The translations under genes and the position numbers were made by a program. A DNA stretch of 63,960 bases, counting the filler, from Octopus bimaculoides (taxonomy: Eukaryota): NCBI RefSeq assembly GCF_001194135.2. It is 3 parts of 2 records of this genome, joined end to end, with 100 filler letters (N's around TTAATTAATTAA, not from the genome) between each part and the next. Parts side by side here need not be neighbours in the genome. Positions count along the whole stretch, not along the records: positions 1 to 20,965 come from NC_069000.1; 2 more parts are not named here. One strand, 5' to 3'. The notes beneath the pieces are model-generated. The model worked only from the letters and a program-made list of their open reading frames with translations. It was not told where the DNA came from and did not search any database. The stretch's first letter is position 1. Each line of letters opens with the position of its first letter. Positions 1-13,735 of the stretch are shown in pieces.

Positions 1-99
1 ATATATATATATATATATATACACACTCACACACTTGTATGTATGTATGTGTGTGTGTGTGTGTAGTAAATCTGATGGCATATATAACGGTATATAGTG

Positions 100-480
100 G
101 TGGCGACCATGTCGGGAATGGTATGGCGGTGTTTGTGTGTTTTTGTTGTTGGTGGTAGTGGTGGTGGTGGTGGCGGTTGTGTTATTCAAAGTGTTGATGG
201 TGATGGTGGTGGTTGCAGGGATAAAACTGATGGTTGCGGTGGGGAGTGGAGGATATTAATATTGATATTGGTGGTGGTGGTGGAGGTGGTAGTGTGTGCG
301 TGCGCGTGCGGTGATTTTACTGATGATAATTGCTTGCCATGGTGATGATAGTGGTGGTGGTTGTAGAATTGATGGTTTTAGTTCAGGCGTGGGCGGTGTT
401 GGTGGATGCGGTGAAGGTTTACATTGTAACAATAATCGAAGATTAGAATTATCGGTCACAGTATAATTGTTGTTGTTGTT
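100..480. repeat. GGT/GTT-rich low-complexity tract
   Basis: Runs of ggt/gtt/gat triplets; ORFs 97..345 and 256..522 are by-products. Confidence 0.8.
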
Positions 481-627
481 GCTTAGCCCCCCCCCCACAC
501 ACACACACAAATCAGCCTTCATCGAGCGACCTTTGATGAAAGACGTTCCCGTCTTGCTCTTTCCAGCAGAGTGTACGGATATAAGGGACTATACTGTCTA
601 GTTTATTCTTTACCTAACTGGTGAAGA

Positions 628-900
628 TGGGTGGTTTAAGGAGATTCTGCTGCTATTTTTAGCAGGTCATGCGAAGGCAACGGTAGTAGTGTGTATTCGC
701 GCTAACGGTGGCGGTGATGGAAATTATAAGTGCATGATATTCTAGATGTGACCACCCTGTCGTCTTTCGCTTGGACACTATTCTATCATTGAATACTTCC
801 CTTTCTTCAAACAAAAAACAAAAAACAAAATCAAGAAAAGAATCTTAGTGTAATTTGAAGGAGATTTGGCTGCTATTTCTTAACAGGTCGTTCGAATTCT
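628..900 (+). mobile_element. Two fragments of a dispersed SINE-like repeat (core ggagatttggctgctatttctagcaggtc)
   Basis: The core occurs near 640-670 and 860-890, and in reverse at 11985-12020 and 12195-12225. Confidence 0.6.
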
Positions 901-1129
901 AAAAATAGCCATTCAACTAGAAGCCAGGCTCCGTCGCTGTTGATAGAAAATAAAGAGTGGCGGTGGAAATAGTTACTAGAAACACCTGTGATTAAAACGG
1001 CCTTATTTCAATTCGATAATTTATTGTATTTACATTGATCTCTGTGTTAAAATTAATGTTTACACACTTTCTTTTATAACTGTTCCTCACTGATTCCCAG
1101 TTAAAATATTCATCTCACCTTTTGAATGA

Positions 1130-1168
<39 letters not shown>

Positions 1169-1524
1169 GCACACACACACACACACTTCACGAAATCACA
1201 TGTCTGAATATTAAGAGACGGTGTGAGAGGATGAGAGAATAACTGAAGTGTGAAAAAGGGATACGGCTGAATTTTTCGAAAGGGGAAAAAAGAAATATAT
1301 GTGTAAAGAAGAAAGGAGATGGTTATAAAGAGAAAGAGAGAGAGAGAGAGAGCGAAACACGTGTAAAGAGGAAGAATGGACAGGTAATAGATAGATATGA
1401 AGGAACAGAGAGACGTTGAAGTAAAAGAGGGTAAGGGTATACTTCCCTTCTATCTTCTGTCTCTCCACTTCTATTTCTCCTTCTGTTTCATTCCCTGCCT
1501 TTCTCTCTTTCTCTCTCTATATAT

Positions 1525-1557
<33 letters not shown>

Positions 1558-2131
1558 CACACACACAAGTATGGATGGAGAGAGGGAGGGAGGGACGAGT
1601 ACACATGCATGGATAAATGGGCGGATGAATGGACGAATGAGTGAATAAATGAATGGATAGCTGGGTGGATGTATTGGGTAGGCGACATAAATGGATGGAC
1701 AGACGGATAGACAGATAGATGGATCGATGGATGGGTAGGAATAGATGAGAGGCGGGAAAGCGATCGAACTAGTGCCCAAAACCAGGAAGGAGAATTACCC
1801 AAATCCGAAGATATGTGAGTGGTATAAATGAAAAGAAAGAAAGGCAATGAAAAAGAAGTTAGGGAGGTAAAGGGGGATAATAGAGAGAAGAGAAAAGAAG
1901 TTGATCGAAATCCGAAGGTGTGAAGGGATAGAAAAGAGAGAAGAAAAGATAAGATAAACACAGGAGGCAAAGTAATGTATAGAAATGCATTAAATAGAAT
2001 AAAGTTTTTTGTACTCCTGAAATTTGTCCCTGATACTAAAACGATTCTCCACTTTTGCCTAAGAGTTCGCTCGAGCTGATTTCCTTTAAGTTACGTAAGT
2101 GAGCAACTGATGTGCGGAAAAGGCGACAAGG

Positions 2132-2175
<44 letters not shown>

Positions 2176-2229
2176 AGTAAAGAAGAGAAAAGAAGTGAAG
2201 AGAGTAAAGTGTGGAGGAGGAGAGCAGGC

Positions 2230-2620
2230 GAGAAAAAATATTCTTAAAAAAGGAAAGAACTCATTGGATTATATATAGTCCTAGATACACTACAAATTGT
2301 TAGGGGCTGACTTAGAACTTATCAACAATAACAAACAACCACATTGAAAAAGGAATGACATTGGATAATGTAGTCCTATACACATTGGATGGTGGTTGTG
2401 GTGGTGAGAGGTAACCGTGGCTGGACAGTGTTTGATCGTTGATCTATTGAGTCAGGACTGAGCTAATCATTAGTGAATAGCTACGCTACGCTAGAAATAG
2501 AAGCCAAATCTTTCATTTTCAAGCACTAATAGAGGGAAAGGTATTGGACAATATAGTTCTAGATACACTATATTTGCAAATGGAATGGTCACGGGTAGAA
2601 CGCATAGTTTGACAAATTAA
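2230..2620 (+). repeat. Three diverged local copies of an internal block of the same dispersed repeat family
   Basis: attggat(a)atgtagtcctagatacacta-like block at about 2265, 2360 and 2545; similar to 12045-12075. Confidence 0.55.
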
Positions 2621-2989
2621 GGCTAATTCTACAAACACAAAATTTTCTCAGTTTGATGTTCTTGATGGTCTCAGCCGTAAATAATTTTGTGCTAGAATAA
2701 CATTTGCCCTTGGAAATCAATAAACTTTTTTTTTGTTTTGTTTTAGCTACAGCCCTTTAAGTTGTGGGTTTAAATCCGGTATTTTATTTTTCTGAAGTCT
2801 ATAAAATAAATGATCGGATCACATGCTTGTGTTGATTTATCTTTCTATTAGGCATCCTGAATGCCAATGGGATTACAAGTCCGCTATAACTATCATAACA
2901 CTTTTATCCCTATTTATTTATTAATTTTTTACGAACTGTTGACCGAAATCAAACCGCCAAAAGTTAATTTTTAAATACGCATATCCAAA

Positions 2990-4500
2990 AATTGTTATTC
3001 TTATAGCTTATTAAATATGAAAAGTTTTATCAAATGTGAAAAGACCTGACATATATGTGGGCATTGGGTATATCAAGCACTTTGTAAGAAATGCAAGAAA
3101 TGTCGCGAGTCTATTATTCAATTTCTTTTCTTTCTTTTTTTTCTTCCAAATATTTACGTTGCCAAGCAAAGTTATTTCCCTTATTTATACGCCGCCTTCT
3201 CCCTTCAAACCAATCTAGGAGACACCACAACAGAAGTCGTGAAATCCTTTTAGTATCATGGATGTTTTACATGCGCATAATACCTATAGCAAGGAGTTAT
3301 GCTGGGGGAGGGATTGGTCTTACATTTTACAAATTCTTACGTATGCAACATATATAAAATTAGCGTTTTTGTCTTCGGACCTAAACATACGGGTTCCCAA
3401 TTCACTTTTTGCTCCATTTATCTCCTGCTAAGTTTCTGAAAGTAAATTTATCCCCAGTTTATTTTGCTAAGTAATTTGAGTTTAAATGTCTACCATAGCA
3501 ATGAACCGACAAAGAAGCGATTCAAAACATTACTACTTTAATTCTAACACCGTTCTTTTTCCACACACAGGAATCAGCGATATACAACTCAGGCACCTAC
3601 CATTCTATAAGGACATGACAGCGTATATTTTATTCAAATGCTTTAAATAACAGTCACTATACATATCAAGGAACACAACTATAATCTTACATACTGCATT
3701 CACGTGGGCCAAATACAGTTAAACCCTTTAGAATTCTTTACAGGCCTCCTACTAAGCAATTCACTTTTCCTCTGGAATTTTCTCCTTCCTTGACCGCATT
3801 TTATATACGTACGTTGTCCTGCAGTAAATAAAAGAATGAATATACTCATCCTCATAGCTGGAGTTCGAGGTTGGAGTTGGCCTCGGACACAACCCCACTC
3901 CTTGACACACACATAGCTGTCTCTTGTTATGCCAAAAAAAAAATCAGCTGTATAGATCTCACGAGTCTGGAAAGGTCTGCAAGCGCTTAAGACCACGTTC
4001 CTCCGTCTCAGACTAGTGTGTATCTTAAACCAAAGATCACAATCGCCAGAAAATCTGAAGCAATGGTAAAGAAAAGGACTCTTGAATATAAATTGGTCTC
4101 TCCCAAACAGGAGTTCAAACTGTCAGCGAGAAAATTAATTATGAAATTCAGTCAAATTCAATTAGTATTCTATAGACAATCAACGTTATTGATTATTGCT
4201 TAATTTACGGAGAAATAAGACGATAATCAATAATAATCACAGAGGTTCTTTCTCAAGAAAATGCAGATTCATTCTAGAGAAAAGGCTGAAGTGAGAGAAA
4301 AGAATTTAACCCGAATGAGTGAGGCTAGAAGAAATCTCAAAGAAGTATTTATTGCCTCTGTATAACGCTACAAGCATACAATATAATATCAAACCCATCT
4401 TTACCAGCAGCAGCAGCAAGCTGTCAACAGAGATGTAAATATATCAAGTTGGCTTTCATTGGCAGAAACAAGATTGTCTCTAAAGAACAAAGCCTTTCAT
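2990..4500 (+). mobile_element. Possible Helitron 5' region with decayed RepHel N-terminus
   Basis: tcttatagcttattaaatatgaaaag resembles Helitron 5' termini. Decayed frames (MPKKKS near 3930; EKAEVREKNLTRMSEARRN; LSLKNKAFH) resemble RepHel N-terminal repeats. Weak. Confidence 0.3.
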
Positions 4501-4531
4501 ATATCCAAGAGTTACTTGTTAATTATATGTT

Positions 4532-4577
<46 letters not shown>

Positions 4578-4807
4578 TTTTCTCCAATCCTTAAATTCTT
4601 AAATATATATATATNNNNNNNNNNNNNNNNNNNNNNNNNNNNNNNNNNNNNNNNNNNNNNNNNNNNNNNNNNNNNNNNNNNNNNNNNNNNNNNNNNNNNN
4701 NNNNNNNNNNNNNNNNNNNNNNNNNNNNNNNNNNNNNNNNNNNNNNNNNNNNNNNNNNNNNNNNNNNNNNNNNNNNNNNNNNNNNNNNTGTGTGTGTGTG
4801 TGTGTGT

Positions 4808-5063
4808 GGAGGCGCAATGGCTCAGTGGTCAGGGCAGCGGACTCGCGGTCATAGGATCGCAGTTTCGATTCCCAGACCGGGCGTTGTGAGTGTTTATTGA
4901 GCTAAAACACTTCACTCTTTCTTCCTGTTTCTGTTGTGCCTGTAAGGGTAGACGTGTCTGTGGAGTGCTCAGCCACTTGCACGTTAATTTCACGAGCAGG
5001 CTGTTCCGTTGATCGGATCAACTGAAACCCTCGACGTCGTAAGCGACGGATATTGCCAACAAC
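4808..5063 (+). mobile_element. tRNA-derived SINE (type A), internally deleted
   Basis: Pol III A-box tggctcagtgg and B-box gtttcgattcc; the body matches the full copy at 56612-57000(-). Confidence 0.9.
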
Positions 5064-6289
5064 TTCATTATACTGCTAAGAACAATATCGTCGTTGTAAC
5101 TTCTGAGTTCAAACCATGCCCGGGCGATAAATTAAGTATTAGTCATACACTGAAAATGATTCAGTTAACTACACACGCAACATGTTTGCTGTATGGTTCC
5201 AATAAAAGAAATCGCGATATTTTTAATCCAAGAGTCAAGAGGAAGCGAAGAAGGGAGGGAAAAGAAAATGAGAGAGAGACAGAGAGAGAGAGAGGGGGTG
5301 AGAGACGTGATACTTTTAATCCAAGAACCAAGAGAAAGTGAAGAATAAAAAGATACACAGAGAGTAGGAGAGAGAAGTCGTGTTACTTTTTATCCAGGAA
5401 GCAAGAGAAAACGGGAACGAAAATGAGGGAGAGAAAAAAGTGGGAGAACGAGAGGGGAGGAAAGAGAGTGTATGTGTGTGTGCGTGCGAGTCGTTTGAAA
5501 AGAGTTACCTCCCTGCTAAGAACTGTCAGCAACAAGTTAATTGTTTCGTCATTAAAATAAAATGACATTCATTCATTGGGTCAATGGACAAACTCGAAAA
5601 GAAGTATTCTGGTTTATTTCTTTGGGGTTTTTTTTCCTGCACATTTATCGATTTTTTTACTGATAATAATGACTTGTTAGTGCTATTATTAGTTGTAAGT
5701 CTACATGTTCAGAATAGTATCTCGATATTGTTTTGGAACTATCGATCGTTTTTACATAGATCCCTATATCTTAGATTCATAAGACAAAGAAAATTAGAAT
5801 AATTCTTCGCATATAAAACCTAGCACTGATCAGAAAGGGTGTCAGGCATTGTATTTACCAAAGAATCTGCCACTATCTATTAAAATTATCGCAATGCACA
5901 TTTCTGTGCATAGTTATGTTTGTGTATGTGTGTATCAGCGAATCATGGTCTATAAAACATATCAGCGAAAGCAGTTCGCTGTGGTCAGCTTTATGATACA
6001 TGATGATACTATAATATTTTTTGCATATATTACCAAAGAGTCCGATTTTGGCAATCCACAATGGGAACGACATGTTAAGATTAAGTTCAAGTTGATGTGG
6101 ATTACATGAATCTACTAAAGGGAGATAACGACTTTCTTCGGTGATTTTTTCCAAATCCATTATTAAGATTGTTATTTAAAGACAAGGAACAGGTTATATA
6201 ATATAGTGTAATTTGATATTACATCGTCATTTTTTAAATGGTAGAATAGGCTCTGGATTGGAAGTACCGTTACTGTGTCGAAATAAAAT

Positions 6290-6420
6290 GCCTTATAGTG
6301 TTTATTTCGGTGTTTTATGTTCTGAGTTCAAATCTCATCGAGGTCAACTTTTACCCTTTCATACCTTGATGTGGGGTGGGGGAACATAAAATAAAGCACC
6401 TGTCAACAAGACGGATGCCA
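6290..6420 (+). mobile_element. tRNA-derived SINE (type C) fragment
   Basis: gttctgagttcaaatc...gaggtcaactt..ctttcat, similar to the 31000 and 58505 copies. Confidence 0.65.
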
Positions 6421-6749
6421 GCTTTGATCAGAAAACTTTCAGAATAACTATCCTTACCTCAAGGTGAAAGGAATTTGATAGTTATTTCCTTCTGGGGAAA
6501 GCATTTTATGCCCGAGAAATTTAATTTTTTATTATATCTTTGGCACCCCCTCCAATTTCTATGCCCCTTTCCAGTATATTTTACCATTATTCCTATCTCA
6601 TGAGATGTTTGTAAAAGAAACCAATAATTATTACTGAAGAATTCAATTATTACACTATCTTCCTTTTAATTTTCATTTAATTTTTCCTTTTGTGGTTTAA
6701 TTTTCATTTAATTTTTCCTTTTGTGGTTTTTGGGGTTTTGGAATGTAAC

Positions 6750-6776
6750 ACCTGCGATAGTCGAGGGATTACTGTA
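6750..6776. mobile_element. Solo Tigger/pogo-like terminal inverted repeat
   Basis: gcgatagtcgagggattactg followed by TA; the reverse complement cagtaatccctcg is a typical pogo-type TIR. No partner seen. Confidence 0.45.
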
Positions 6777-7228
6777 TACTTTTTTTTGGACTGCTACCAT
6801 ATGGTTCCACTTTTTCCTTTTTAAATAGTTGTTGATGGTGCAAATTGGGGGAGACCTAACTGTTATTTCTACCAGGTAAAGAGCCCCTTGCTGGCAATTT
6901 ATTGCTAGAAATTAAGTGAATGAGACTTCTTATTTCAAGGGAGTAGAGACCTTGGTAGCTGTGGCAGAAGCAACAAGAGGACACAGTGTGTACTTAGAAA
7001 GAATCTACCTCTATTTCCTCTCCATCTCTCAAGTATAAAGAAATCAATACTCATTAAGATTGTTTTGGAATTGGTTATGATTGTCTTTTGGTTCTACAGT
7101 CTGTTCCTTCAATAACGGTAATTAATGCTACTCATGTTTCCTGCGACAGAAAGATTTACTGTTTTTCTTTTGTTGGTTTGTTTCTTTCTTCTTTTCATTA
7201 TTTTTCTCAATTCTTTAAGTTTCTATCA

Positions 7229-7295
<67 letters not shown>

Positions 7296-7507
7296 TATAT
7301 GTATTCATATATTTATATACACATACACACACACGCGTTCATACATACATATGTGTGTGTATGCATGTATGTATGTATATATGTTGGTATGCATATAGCT
7401 TCCTTACTTTCTAGACAAACTAATAAGAAGCTGACTAATCATCTATTAGCCAATCTTTCTATCCACTTTTCTTTATCTTTTTCTATTTCTCCTTCTTCCT
7501 CTCTTCG

Positions 7508-7552
<45 letters not shown>

Positions 7553-7734
7553 CTCTATTTCTACCGTTTAATTTTATTTCCTTTCACATTTTCTTTTTCT
7601 TCCTTCTTTTCTTTACTTGCTATATCAAGCCTCAAATAAGCGATGTAAATACCTTATGGTTGTTGGCAGAATTTAAATTGTTCTTCTTCTGTCACGTTTG
7701 AAGGTGTCTATTGTCACTACATGATACACGCACG

Positions 7735-7766
<32 letters not shown>

Positions 7767-8405
7767 TGCCCAAACATATTTACACATGGAATAAGAATGC
7801 CTTCTTTCTCCTTTTCTTACTTTCATTCTCTTTTACACCCCCACACATATACACACACACATACACACATACACACATGCACACACACACATACATTTAT
7901 ATATGTATATTCATAAACATATATATAGAGAGAGATAGTGATGCTTATAAACACAATTAGGCTTCACACACATGTATACATTTACATATACATAGAAAGA
8001 TAAACACATACATACATACATACATACATACATGCATACATATTTACGTAGACCATAAAAAATACAGAATACTAAACAGAGAATACTTAATTTCTTAACT
8101 CAACTTCTGTTTCAAGAAGTTCAGAGTTATGTAATAATCATAATTTTCATAATTTGCAGATAGAATAAGCAAAACATCTTGAGGATGCAGCCAGTAAATA
8201 ATCATACAGAGATATTACTATATGACTGGCTTCCTTCATCAAGACAACATTGACAAAAGCAGATCATATAGTAGTGCGAGAGATTTAAAGACTGAAGTGA
8301 GATAGAGGGAAGAATTAGAGCAAAAGGGTGATAGAGGGATGATATAAGTGGTGTAGGAAAGAGGAATAGGGGTGGAGAAGAAATGAAAGACAGAGAGGTA
8401 CATCA

Positions 8406-8453
<48 letters not shown>

Positions 8454-8569
8454 NNNNNNNNNNNNNNNNNNNNNNNNNNNNNNNNNNNNNNNNNNNNNNN
8501 NNNNNNNNNNNNNNNNNNNNNNNNNNNNNNNNNNNNNNNNNNNNNNNNNNNNNNNNNNNNNNNNNNNNN

Positions 8570-8760
8570 ATGCATATATACGTACAGGTATGTGCATACC
8601 TACGTCTACCTGTATATATAGATGCATATCTGGGTACAGGACATAGCAAACAAAACGTAGACATGAAAATAATAATAACCAGAGTACAGAAAACACACAA
8701 GCCACATAGAGAACATTTTCCTTCATCAGCTACCCCCATTTTAACACCGGCGTTTCGAAG
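8570..8760. repeat. Dispersed repeat, also at 48570-48668; Penelope terminal-repeat-like
   Basis: tatatagatgcatatctgggtacaggac block shared with 48615-48650; the minus strand carries a ctgatgaaggaaa hammerhead half-motif. Confidence 0.65.
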
Positions 8761-9039
8761 AAAATTAAAGAAACTGGAGTCAACAAGCAGGAGTATGGTT
8801 GGACAGATATTTTTTAATCACTACAATTGTTTCCACACAACATAGTTCTCCAAAAATACAGGTATTTGATTATGCAACTCTTCGTTTGCATAATGAGATC
8901 CAGTTGTGTCTCCTCAGGTGAAATTCAAGTGTTGTTTCTGTTAGTTTAAAATCTCCAACTTCAAGGCCATTGTTCCTCACAGAATATACCATAACTATAT
9001 ATATTTATACTAGCAGAGATACCCAGGAATTCAGCTTAC

Positions 9040-10140
9040 AATGCTTTGCAGCAATGCTTATGTCTATCCATACGACTTTATACGCACAACATGAGATGGT
9101 CTTCAACTAACTTAGGATACACTGCCTAATTGATCTGTATTAATAAGGAAATGATCAAAGATTCAGTCAGGCACACTTATGTTAATACTGCCCACAGAGT
9201 GTGATTTTAAGTTATCTGAAACAAATTCTAATGTTAGCTGAAACACAGTAACCACTGTCTAATAATTCCTCAGCAACATTAACCAGTTATAATGTAATTC
9301 ATTACGGAGGGCATGATAAAGTTGCATCTTTTCATTAAAAAAGCAAAATGATAATAATGAGAATCTTTTCCCTGAAGCAGTCATCTTGAAAAATCTTTCA
9401 AATAATTCTCATTCTGAAGAAACTTTATTGTGCTGTCAGTTCCACAAGTCGACATGGACAGTTGCCCAAGGAAAGCCATCGTATTTTTGATGACAGAGTA
9501 ATTTGTTAAATTCTTTTCATTTTCAGCACACAGTTGTTGAAACATTGTCAGATTTTGCTGAATTTTTGATCTTATTGATTTTTTCACTGCAATCAAATGT
9601 GATTGATGCAGGTCTGGATTGAAGTATTTTGCAGAGAGATGTTGCTAATGAATTATGCAGTGGATCGCAATGTCATTTGGAACATTTTAAAAATAATATG
9701 ATATGAAGCCCTGATATTGACCAACCATACTGGGAGCTCCATCAGTTACAGAAGAAATAATGTTATCAATGAAAATAAAGTTTTCAAAAAAACAAAAACA
9801 AAAAAAAAAACAAGTAACCAAGACAAAGTACCTTTGTCCTCTCTAGTTATCCAGTGAAAAGCATTTCCTCTTGAAATGCATCATTATCCAAATTACTCCA
9901 CATATGCCATTAGTAATGTGATTCTATTACTAACAGTAGAATAATCCAGTTGCATAAAAGTCTCCATTCACAAAGCCCTTTGACTGACCGTTTACATCAT
10001 CTGCTATTACACAGAACTTACTTTTGATGGTTTTGGCATGTAAAAGAAGGTTTAACATGTTATTTCCATTTTTATGCATGCATCAAGCTGACAAAGCTCC
10101 TCACTATAGGCATCACCAGTCATTTGCCTACAGTATGCAG
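9040..10140 (-). pseudogene. Decayed hAT (Buster/Charlie-like) transposase
   Basis: Minus strand reads IDNIISSVTDGAPSMVGQYQGF (hAT TDGAxxMxG motif, about 9715-9770), then MFQQLCAENEK and a later YPKL; multiple stops and frameshifts. Confidence 0.8.
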
Positions 10141-10286
10141 TTTGTTGCTGTTGCCTATCAGTACTGGTACATTGTTTGACACTACCAGACCATCAAAAGC
10201 AGGTTCATTGATGTCAAATATTACAGTTGTAATTTTTACTCCAAATTCTTCCTTCTGTCTTGAACACTTGAACACATTATTGTGTA

Positions 10287-11142
10287 CAGGTTGTTCACAC
10301 TAGACTTAATGATTTTTTTTTATGACTCCTTTTTCCAGGAACAGCTTAATGTATTGGTGAACAGTGAACAATGTTGAAGGGAATGAAGTTTCAAGTTGTA
10401 GTTGAGACAGTTAGCTGACATGGAGAACTGGAAGCCATCTGAATATTGGAAAAGTGTTACCTTTATCATTCAAACCAAATATCAAAATGCTGACATCATG
10501 ACTACTACTCAGTGCTCTGTGATATTCTAAAGGTTGTAAGACACGTCATGGACATCATGAAAAGCAAGTTCTCCCAATCTGTGATGGCCTTTAGGTGTGT
10601 TTCCTGTGAGGGTGATGTCATGACACCCAACATCTTTGAACAGGACCTTAGGCTGAATTCAGACAGTTATGTGAAGCTGCTGAATACTGTAGTCAAACTC
10701 TGACTGGAGAAAGTTGCTGCTGGAAGGCCATAGGTGTGGCAGCAGGATTTTCAGCTCTTTGCTATGTCTCCAGAAAGAGTCAGAAATTGCTGTTGGAGAA
10801 TTTCTATGACTTTGCCAGCCCCATGACTCTGATTGCAATTCCATGGATTACTGTGTGGGGGGAGCAGTTGAGAAAAATACCAAGTGCTCTGCTTGCAACA
10901 CCATGGCCAAGCTGGTGGTCAAGATCAAGGTGTTTAAAGATCTTCCCAGGAACACAGTGAAGATTGAATGTGCCAGGTTCTGAAGCTGTCTTGAGGTGAG
11001 GGTGGCTACTTTGAGTAAACTGTTATCTCTCAACCATAATCTAGTCAATATTTTTTGATTTTTCAAAATACCTTTATTTTTAGATGGCATATTGTGTTTT
11101 CTTTCCCTTTTATGAAAATTGGCAAATTTAACCTGAACATTG
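10287..11142 (+). mobile_element. Internally deleted Tc1/mariner element, maT (DD37D)-like
   Basis: TA flanks at 10285-86 and 11143-44; TIRs caggttgttcacactagact / aaatttaacctgaacattg. Transposase start MENWKPSEYWK at 10420, then MKSKFSQSVMAF..VSCEGDVM, WQQD and DCNPMDYCVWGAVEK. Confidence 0.8.
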
Positions 11143-11154
11143 TATGTGCATGTG

Positions 11155-11195
<41 letters not shown>

Positions 11196-11373
11196 ACGTG
11201 TGTGTGTAGACATATACATGCATATGTCTATATGCAATCTCTGATGAGTTGGTAATGAGATCTACTGATAAGGGTACTTTTTGACAAAGGTAATAGATAT
11301 TATTATTAATGAAACTGTAAGAGGATTTATATTTAAATAATTTATGAATGAACTCTTCTCGTTGGTGTGTATG

Positions 11374-11458
<85 letters not shown>

Positions 11459-11797
11459 CTACTTGATAAATTCTTATAAAAGAATTCATCCTATTATTGA
11501 ATTAATTATATATATATGTATATGTATATATATATATACATACACATATATAATGTATATGTCTGAGAGTTATAAAATTTTTTATCTATATAGATCAGTC
11601 ATTGGGTGCTCAGAGTTAGTCAGTTATAAGTTAACTGACCAACTTCACCACGAACCAGCAGTGGAACTGCATTAACTGACTAGATCACAAATGAAGCAAT
11701 GAAAACTTTGGCATCAAATAGCAAATGTTCAAGTTAACAGTCTTTATGTGTTTTTGAATGGTTGATATCTTCCACGCTGTAATTGTACAAACACACA

Positions 11798-11930
11798 TAC
11801 GATGGGCTTCTGCCAGTTTCCGTCAACCAAATCCACTCACAAGGCTTTTGGTCAGCCTGAGGCTAGAAGAAAACACTTGCCCGTGGCGTCATGCAATGAG
11901 ACTGAACCCAAAACCATAAGGTGTGGAAGT
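11798..11930 (-). mobile_element. tRNA-derived SINE (type B), 5' half
   Basis: Reverse complement of ...ggcaagtgt..ctagcctcaggctgaccaaaagccttgtgagtggatttgg. Confidence 0.8.
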
Positions 11931-11974
11931 GAAAAATTCAATAAATGCAATACATAAGCTCAACATGGATACCT

Positions 11975-12505
11975 TTAACATAGTTGTTTTACCTGCTAGA
12001 AATAGCAGCCATATCTTCAAATTATATTACACTCTCTTGAAAACACATATTGAATAGTGTAGTCAAAAATACATATTATTTGAAAAAGATGGAATGTTTT
12101 TGGTCTTAGGTTTGCTTACTCAAGGTTGATCTGGAACTAAACAACTACTACAGCTGCAGATGGCCTAATGAGGGAACCTCTATCTGGTCACCGAACATGT
12201 TAGAAATAGCAACCAAATCTCCAAAATCAGACATTATTATCTTGAAAAACGAAGCACATTGGATGTGGGTTTTTGTTTTTTTAATATTTTTAAATTTCTG
12301 CTTATAACAGCTTAGAAGAAGAAAGGCAATACTTGTGAAGCTTTGTGGGAGGACTGGCCTCAATGCTGAGCTAAAGGTACCTGAGGACTGGGTGTTGGAT
12401 TAAATCTATCACCTAAAACCCAACACTGAAATTGGATGGCCACAACTGGAAGTGTCTGATCACAGATCAGCTCAATTAGGGCAGACCTAAAGTAAACAAC
12501 AACAC
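11975..12505 (+). mobile_element. Fragments of the dispersed SINE-like family with an (aac)n tail
   Basis: ctagaaatagcagcca core twice; tails ctaaacaactac (about 12140) and gtaaacaacaacacc (about 12495). Confidence 0.55.
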
Positions 12506-13228
12506 CACTCACAAAAAAAAAAAAGCAAAAGAGAAAGCAATTTTGTTACATATCTAATTTAATGATTAAAATCAAATCATTAATTATAGATTTTAATTTA
12601 TTTTATTATATATTTTTTACATCTTCAATAATACTTTTTTGTTTGCTTTTGTGTTTTTCACAAAGGGAGGGGAGAGAGTGCAGGTAGAACTTTTTTATTT
12701 TTTAAAAAATAAACAAAAGAAAATATAAATAAATTAACAAAATAAAAATTTTCTTATGAGAAACAAAATGACACAAACCAATCAACTTAGGAGGAAAAAG
12801 ATAAAGTTAAAAAAACTTGCCAGAGACAGAAAACCTTTTAGAAATTTTCTAAGACAAACTGTTTAAAGTTTGGTTGTTTAATTATTTTTTTGCTTTTGTT
12901 ATCCATCTTTCACTGTTTAAAATATTTCTCTTGCTTCTCAGGATAGTGTTGATTTCTGTATATTTTTGTTCAAAGCCAAATCCCTCCGGTGTCTCAGTTA
13001 TGGTGTTTTTAAATCAGCAGTTATGATTTGGATGTAACTGATAATTTGCATATACACAAACTAGTCATACTAGTCAGTAGCAATGCATGCACACATACAA
13101 AACAAAAAAGAAAACAGTCACACGCAGGTACAAATGGGGGAAAATAGAACTTAATACATAAGATTTTATAAGTACCGTGTAGAAACCTCAGGCTCTTGAG
13201 CCACTCATGTAGTTTTAAAGTTTTTATA

Positions 13229-13556
13229 TCCAGAGGTAATGCAGTACGATCATTTCATGCAGCTCCATTTAATTGAACACTGCAATCATTACATCAATTT
13301 AAAATGCAGAGCAATCCTCAGCTGCACAAAGACATAGAATTTAATTAAATTAGAACAGATGGACACATTAGTATAATCATACCTAAAATCTCCAACAAGT
13401 TAAGGAGATAGACAAAGAACATGTTGCCTCTACTTCAGCATAGAAGTTACTGCCTTTGTGCAGCTGAGGATTGCTCTGCATTTCAAACTGATGTAACGAT
13501 TGCATTGTTCAATTAAATGGAGTTGCATGAAACGATTGTACTGCATTACCTCTGGA
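13229..13556. mobile_element. Fold-back MITE with about 105-bp TIRs and TA target duplication
   Basis: ta|tccagaggtaatgcagtac...cagctgcacaaag is mirrored by ctttgtgcagctg...gtactgcattacctctgga|ta. Confidence 0.9.
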
Positions 13557-13696
13557 TATCCTTGCTGCTTATTTTGATTTTAATCTCCTTACTTTGAAAT
13601 TGTATGGATAGTACTGTACTAAATTCTGGTACCTCAACTTAAGTACCATATTCATCTTAATCTAAATTTTTGCTGAACTCATCTACCCTACCCAAT

Positions 13697-13735
<39 letters not shown>

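Noticed and set aside
8700-8760. Minus-strand CTGATGA-ag-GAAA hammerhead half-motif
   Set aside because: There is no real stem II and stem I is weak; not counted as a ribozyme.
8730-8792. Apparent + strand exon (YPHFNTGVSKKIKETGVNKQ) with AG/GT boundaries
   Set aside because: It overlaps or abuts a dispersed repeat whose upstream part recurs at 48570-48668, and no homology was recognised.
9009-9027. actagcagagatacccagg, a possible minus-strand Helitron 3' end
   Set aside because: The hairpin is truncated and there is no supporting internal sequence.
12378-12445. CTGAGGA...GAAA with an 8-bp stem
   Set aside because: Three extra nucleotides before stem II, G at position 17, and no stem I.
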